This document shows positions 62,985-64,000 of a DNA stretch of 64,000 nucleotides, one piece after another. The stretch covers positions 124,001 through 188,000 of the forward strand of contig NIVC01000932.1 of NCBI GenBank assembly GCA_002269645.1, read 5' to 3'. The notes beneath the pieces are model-generated. The model worked only from the letters and a program-made list of their open reading frames with translations, was not told the DNA's origin and ran no database searches. Made by a program: the position numbers and the translations under genes. Positions within the stretch are counted from its first letter, which is position 1; every line of letters starts with the position of its first letter. Source of the DNA: Macrostomum lignano (Eukaryota).

Positions 62985-64000
62985 ACTGACACTAGCTATA
63001 ATGTACTGATACTAGCTTGATCCTACTGACACTATCGACATTCTACTGACACTAGCTAAATTCTTCTGACACTAGCAATAATCTACTGACACTAGCTAAA
63101 TTCTTCTGATACTAGCTTGATCCTACTGACACTACCGACATTCTACTGACACTAGCGAGGTTCTAGCAACATTCTATTAACCGAAACTAATCTAAAGACA
63201 CAAACTAAACTAAAGACAAACTAATCTAAAGACACAAACTAAAGACAAACTAATCTAAAGACACAAACTAAACTTCAGCAGGCGATGTAGGAGCCAGTAG
63301 TTTTCACTGACAATCAACCAACCGAACCAACCAATACTAATGAAGTAATTCCAAAATAGACCAGCCTTATTCCCATTAAAAGCTGTTGACAGGACGCACC
63401 CGGTAGAAAAAGGAGAGATACAATTAGAAAAGATTTTGTAGCATATACCGGTACTCGTAGAAATTCTAAAACGCGTTGAAAGCCAGAAAAAATCCAAAAA
63501 GTTATAAAAGATGTAGCTCCCTTCTTCCCTACTCTAATTCACTCTCACAGCTGATGTTAGCTTTCTATTCTAGATGTAGTATGCTAGTAGTCAGAATATT
63601 GAGCTACTGACACTAGCGAATGTACTTTTGTTCATTGACTTACGACTTTAAGTATTGACAGACACGAGGATGTCAATCAGTTATGTCGCAAAATTTCGAC
63701 ATCAAAAACTTGGACTGTTTCTTCTGCCAGATTTTTGAGTGAATTGCTCGCATCTAGACGAGCTCGAGATTTTGCTTAAACTCAGTCTATTGACACTTGC
63801 GTCACTCTACCGATACTGGCGACATTCCAGTGACACTACCGACATTCTACAGACGACACTAGCGACGTTCTAGTGACACTAGCGACATTCTAGTGACACT
63901 AGCGACATTCTACAGACGACACTAATGACATTCTAGTGACACTAGCGACATTCTACAGACGACACTAATGACATTCTAGTGACACTAGCGACATTCTAGT
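62985..64000. repeat. Degenerate CTACTGACACTAGC / TTCTAGTGACACTAGCGACA arrays (62985-63165 and ~63810 to window end)
   Basis: Recurring GACACTAGC motif; runs off the window. Confidence 0.8.

Noticed and set aside
62922-64000. CADPS start exon
   Set aside because: No MLDPSSSEEE-like N-terminus or credible ATG-donor exon seen; presumed beyond the window.

Overview
Repeat-rich animal (eukaryotic) genomic DNA; no prokaryotic features. Three intron-containing genes, all on the minus strand, were rebuilt by hand from GT(GC)-AG boundaries and reading-frame phase: (1) a complete 190-aa calponin/transgelin-family (myophilin/Mp20-like) gene at 3376-5740; (2) a DUF4140/DUF4139 (F37C4.5-like) gene at 10475-34349 that appears to carry an unusual ~830-aa acidic repeat N-terminal extension; (3) a 5'-incomplete CAPS/CADPS (unc-31) gene at 38166-62921 with one GC-AG intron and a single-base frameshift. 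All 21 introns longer than ~390 bp contain a tandem array, usually starting or ending within ~5-110 bp of a splice site. Mobile DNA: a decayed, rearranged non-LTR retrotransposon, two related TIR elements sitting in AAA|TTT with no TSD (Spy-like), a TA-flanked MITE, a foldback-like element and a tRNA-derived SINE-like family. Most long ORFs in the supplied track are translations of tandem repeats. The architecture resembles a free-living flatworm (Macrostomum-like) genome, but that is an untested inference. Exon coordinates are base-level; repeat boundaries are approximate.
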